Source: Malacoraja senta (Eukaryota). From it: DNA of 64,000 bases. Position numbers and translations under genes: made by a program. The stretch covers positions 164,982,001 through 165,046,000 of the forward strand of contig CM075977.1 in the NCBI GenBank assembly GCA_038087875.1, given 5' to 3'. The notes beneath the pieces are model-generated. The model worked only from the letters and a program-made list of their open reading frames with translations, was not told the DNA's origin and ran no database searches. Of this stretch, positions 61,612-64,000 are shown piece by piece (within the stretch, counting starts at the first letter, position 1; every line of letters starts with the position of its first letter).

Positions 61612-61939
61612 GATTTAATTAGGAGGCAGCCATGATCCCAGAGTGCTCGCTGCCTAGCTACCATGAAACAAAGCGCGTGATTGGTCAATTGGCGTCTGAC
61701 GCAATGTCAAACGTGCATTGATTGGACAATTACTACTCGGAAAATTTGAGGTTTTTCTCATATTTTAAAAATATGTGCAGGTTTTGTTCGTGACGAGTTT
61801 CAGGTACGATATCTATAATATTTTTACACAATATGTTAAAAGTTCAGGTAGTTACGTGGTTTGGGTCACGAACTTAAACAAAAAAGCACCTCGGCCCACA
61901 GCCTAAATATAATGCAGGAAAAATGTGAGGAGCACATAA

Positions 61940-62830
61940 TGAGAAAAATTGAATACTTGTTAAATGGCAAGAGATTTGGTAATGTTAATGTTCAAAGGGA
62001 TCATACACTGATATTGTGACACAAAACCTACTGTTTGTACTAGTACACAATTTTAGTGCCTGACAAACATACCTAATTTTAGGGAGAATTAATGGGTATT
62101 TTTGCCTTTATTATAAAAAGATTTGAAAACATAAATATGGACATTTGATGCAACTGTATAGGGCTCTGAGCGACCATACCTAGAGTGCGGAGTAATGTTT
62201 TGGTTTCCTTCTCCAAGAAGGGATGCACAAGCCAGAGTAGGTGTGTAAGATTCACGTGGCTAGAACCAGGGATTCTTGATTAGTACAGGTGTTATGGGGA
62301 GAAGGCAGGAGAATGGGGTTAGGAAGGAGAGATATATCAGCCATGATTGAATGGCACAGTAGACTTGATGGGCAGAATGGTTTAATTCTGCTCCTATCAC
62401 TTATGACAGGTAACTTTACTGAATGACGAGAGATCATGTAAACTGGACCTATATTCTCTAGACCTTAGAAGAATAAGAAATATCAAAATATAGAGAATTG
62501 GTTACAGATCAGATGCAGAAAGAAAATGTCCTATGGCCAAAGAGTTCAGGATGAGGGAATCAGTCTCCAGATAACCATTTAGGATAAGGTATGCCACAAA
62601 GATGAGGTAAGAAAATTCTTCATTCTACAGTTGATGAATCTTTGGAATTCTCTGCCCCAGAGTGCTGTGTAGCCTCAGTCAATGTGTTCATTCAAAACAA
62701 ATTGATATTATTTTGGACATTAAAAGAGATAAGGGAATAATACTAGAAAATAGCTCATTGCAGATAATTGATATAGATGATTAGCTACAATTTTAATGAA
62801 TGAAGGAGCAAATTCAAAAGGCTCAATGGC
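61940..62830 (+). mobile_element. Old CR1 with an embedded younger 3' end (about 62270-62408)
   Basis: LYRAL.RP.LE and NLWNSLP remnants. Confidence 0.65.
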
Positions 62831-63267
62831 CTACTATTCTTAAGTTTTCCACATTTATGTACGGCAAACTCCATCAAACAAATGATCCACATTACTACTG
62901 GATTGGTGATGCTGTGCAAGGATAAGTATTGGTTAGGGCACTGAGAATTAACTGTTCATTTTTGAAATTGTGCGCATGATCGTTTAGTATCTCTAACAAG
63001 GCAACATACCCTCACTGTTGTTAGTGGGAGTATAGATATTTATACTTGAAATTTCCAGAGTGGCACAGATCCAGAACCTTCCAATTTACTTATGACAACA
63101 TTCAGGCCATGGTGCATGCCAACTCCCAAGAAAACCATTGGTTTCACCTCTCACTTCCCTGTAGCATTTCTTGTTTATCCACTCGCATATACCTATCAAC
63201 TCCCAATGAAGCTTTTGTCTGTAACCTATGCAAAAGGGCAATTTCAGTAGCCATTCGAGAGTTACAA

Positions 63268-63775
63268 AAACATAGGAAATAGGTGCAGGAGAAGGCCATT
63301 CGTTGTGATCATGGCTGATCGTCCCCTAACAATAACCCGTGCCTGCCTTCTCCCCATATCCCTTGACTCCACTAGCCCCTAGAGCTCTATCTAACTATCT
63401 CTTAAATCCATCCAGTGACTTGGCCTCCACTGCCCTCTGTGGCAGGGAATTCCATAAATTCACAACTCTCAGGGTGAAAAAGTTTTTTCTCACCTCAGTC
63501 TTAAATGACCTCCCCTTTATTCTAAGATTGTGGCCCCTGGTTCTGGACTCGCCCAACATTGGGAACATTTTTCCTGCATCTAGCTTGTCCACTCCTTTTA
63601 TAATTTTATATGTTTCTATAAGATTCCCCCTCATCCTTCTAAACTCCAGTGAATACAAGCCTAGTCTTTTCAATCTTTCCTCATATGACAGTCCCGCCAT
63701 CCCAGGGATCAATCTCGTGAACCTACGCTGCACTGCTTCAATCACAAGGATGTCCTTCCTCAAATTAGGAAGGAT
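63268..63775 (-). mobile_element. CR1 3' fragment, followed by an opposite-strand CR1 3' end (about 63795-63885)
   Basis: ORF 63395-63763 (RKDILVIEAVQRRFTRLIPG...VNLWNSLP). Confidence 0.9.
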
Positions 63776-64000
63776 TTAGTTAGATTTAGTTCTTAGGGCT
63801 AAAGGAATTAAAGGGATATGGGGAAAAAACAGGAATGGGGTACTGATTTTAGATGATCAGCCATGCTCCTATTTTTTCTATGTTTAACCTGTAATGGCAG
63901 TTGAGCGGGGGTGGGGGAGGGGAGATGTGGAGACGAAACGGGAAAATTCATGGAATAACAGCGAGAACATGCACACGTCACACAAACAGCACCCAAGACA

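Larger units (their letters stand above)
57834..61905. mobile_element. Non-autonomous hAT-like DNA transposon hosting nested insertions
   Basis: 16-bp TIR TAGGCTGTGGGCCGAG / CTCGGCCCACAGCCTA; 8-bp TSD AATAGAAT / AATATAAT (7/8); interrupted by a Helitron end, a CR1 and a Rex LINE. Confidence 0.85.

Overview
Vertebrate genomic DNA. The repeat set (HER1-type CR1 LINEs, HE1-type V-SINEs, many Penelope pLTR remnants) suggests a cartilaginous fish such as a skate or ray; this is an inference. The only host gene supported is SLC20A2 (PiT-2, Na+/phosphate symporter) on the minus strand. Seven coding exons (exons 2-8 in human numbering, 29999 down to 7213) have GT-AG junctions and sizes of 289/141/86/97/120/204/592 nt. 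They join in frame into about 509 codons, and exons 9-11 lie beyond the left edge. The rest is intron or upstream DNA rich in transposons: young and old CR1s, Rex/Babar LINEs, SINEs, Penelope fragments with hammerhead-like cores, a solo LTR, a Harbinger MITE, two hAT-like elements, Helitrons and a full-length DIRS1-type retroelement (36988-41732). The DIRS element is the most striking item: its ITR/ICR replication signals are almost perfect while its ORFs are badly decayed, which suggests mobilisation in trans. Other leads are a TATA-driven candidate first exon (about 42724-42919) and uORFs in the exon 2 leader. There are two assembly gaps. I found no prokaryotic system, CRISPR array or RNA gene, and nothing I can defend as a wholly new biological system. 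Boundaries of old repeats are approximate.
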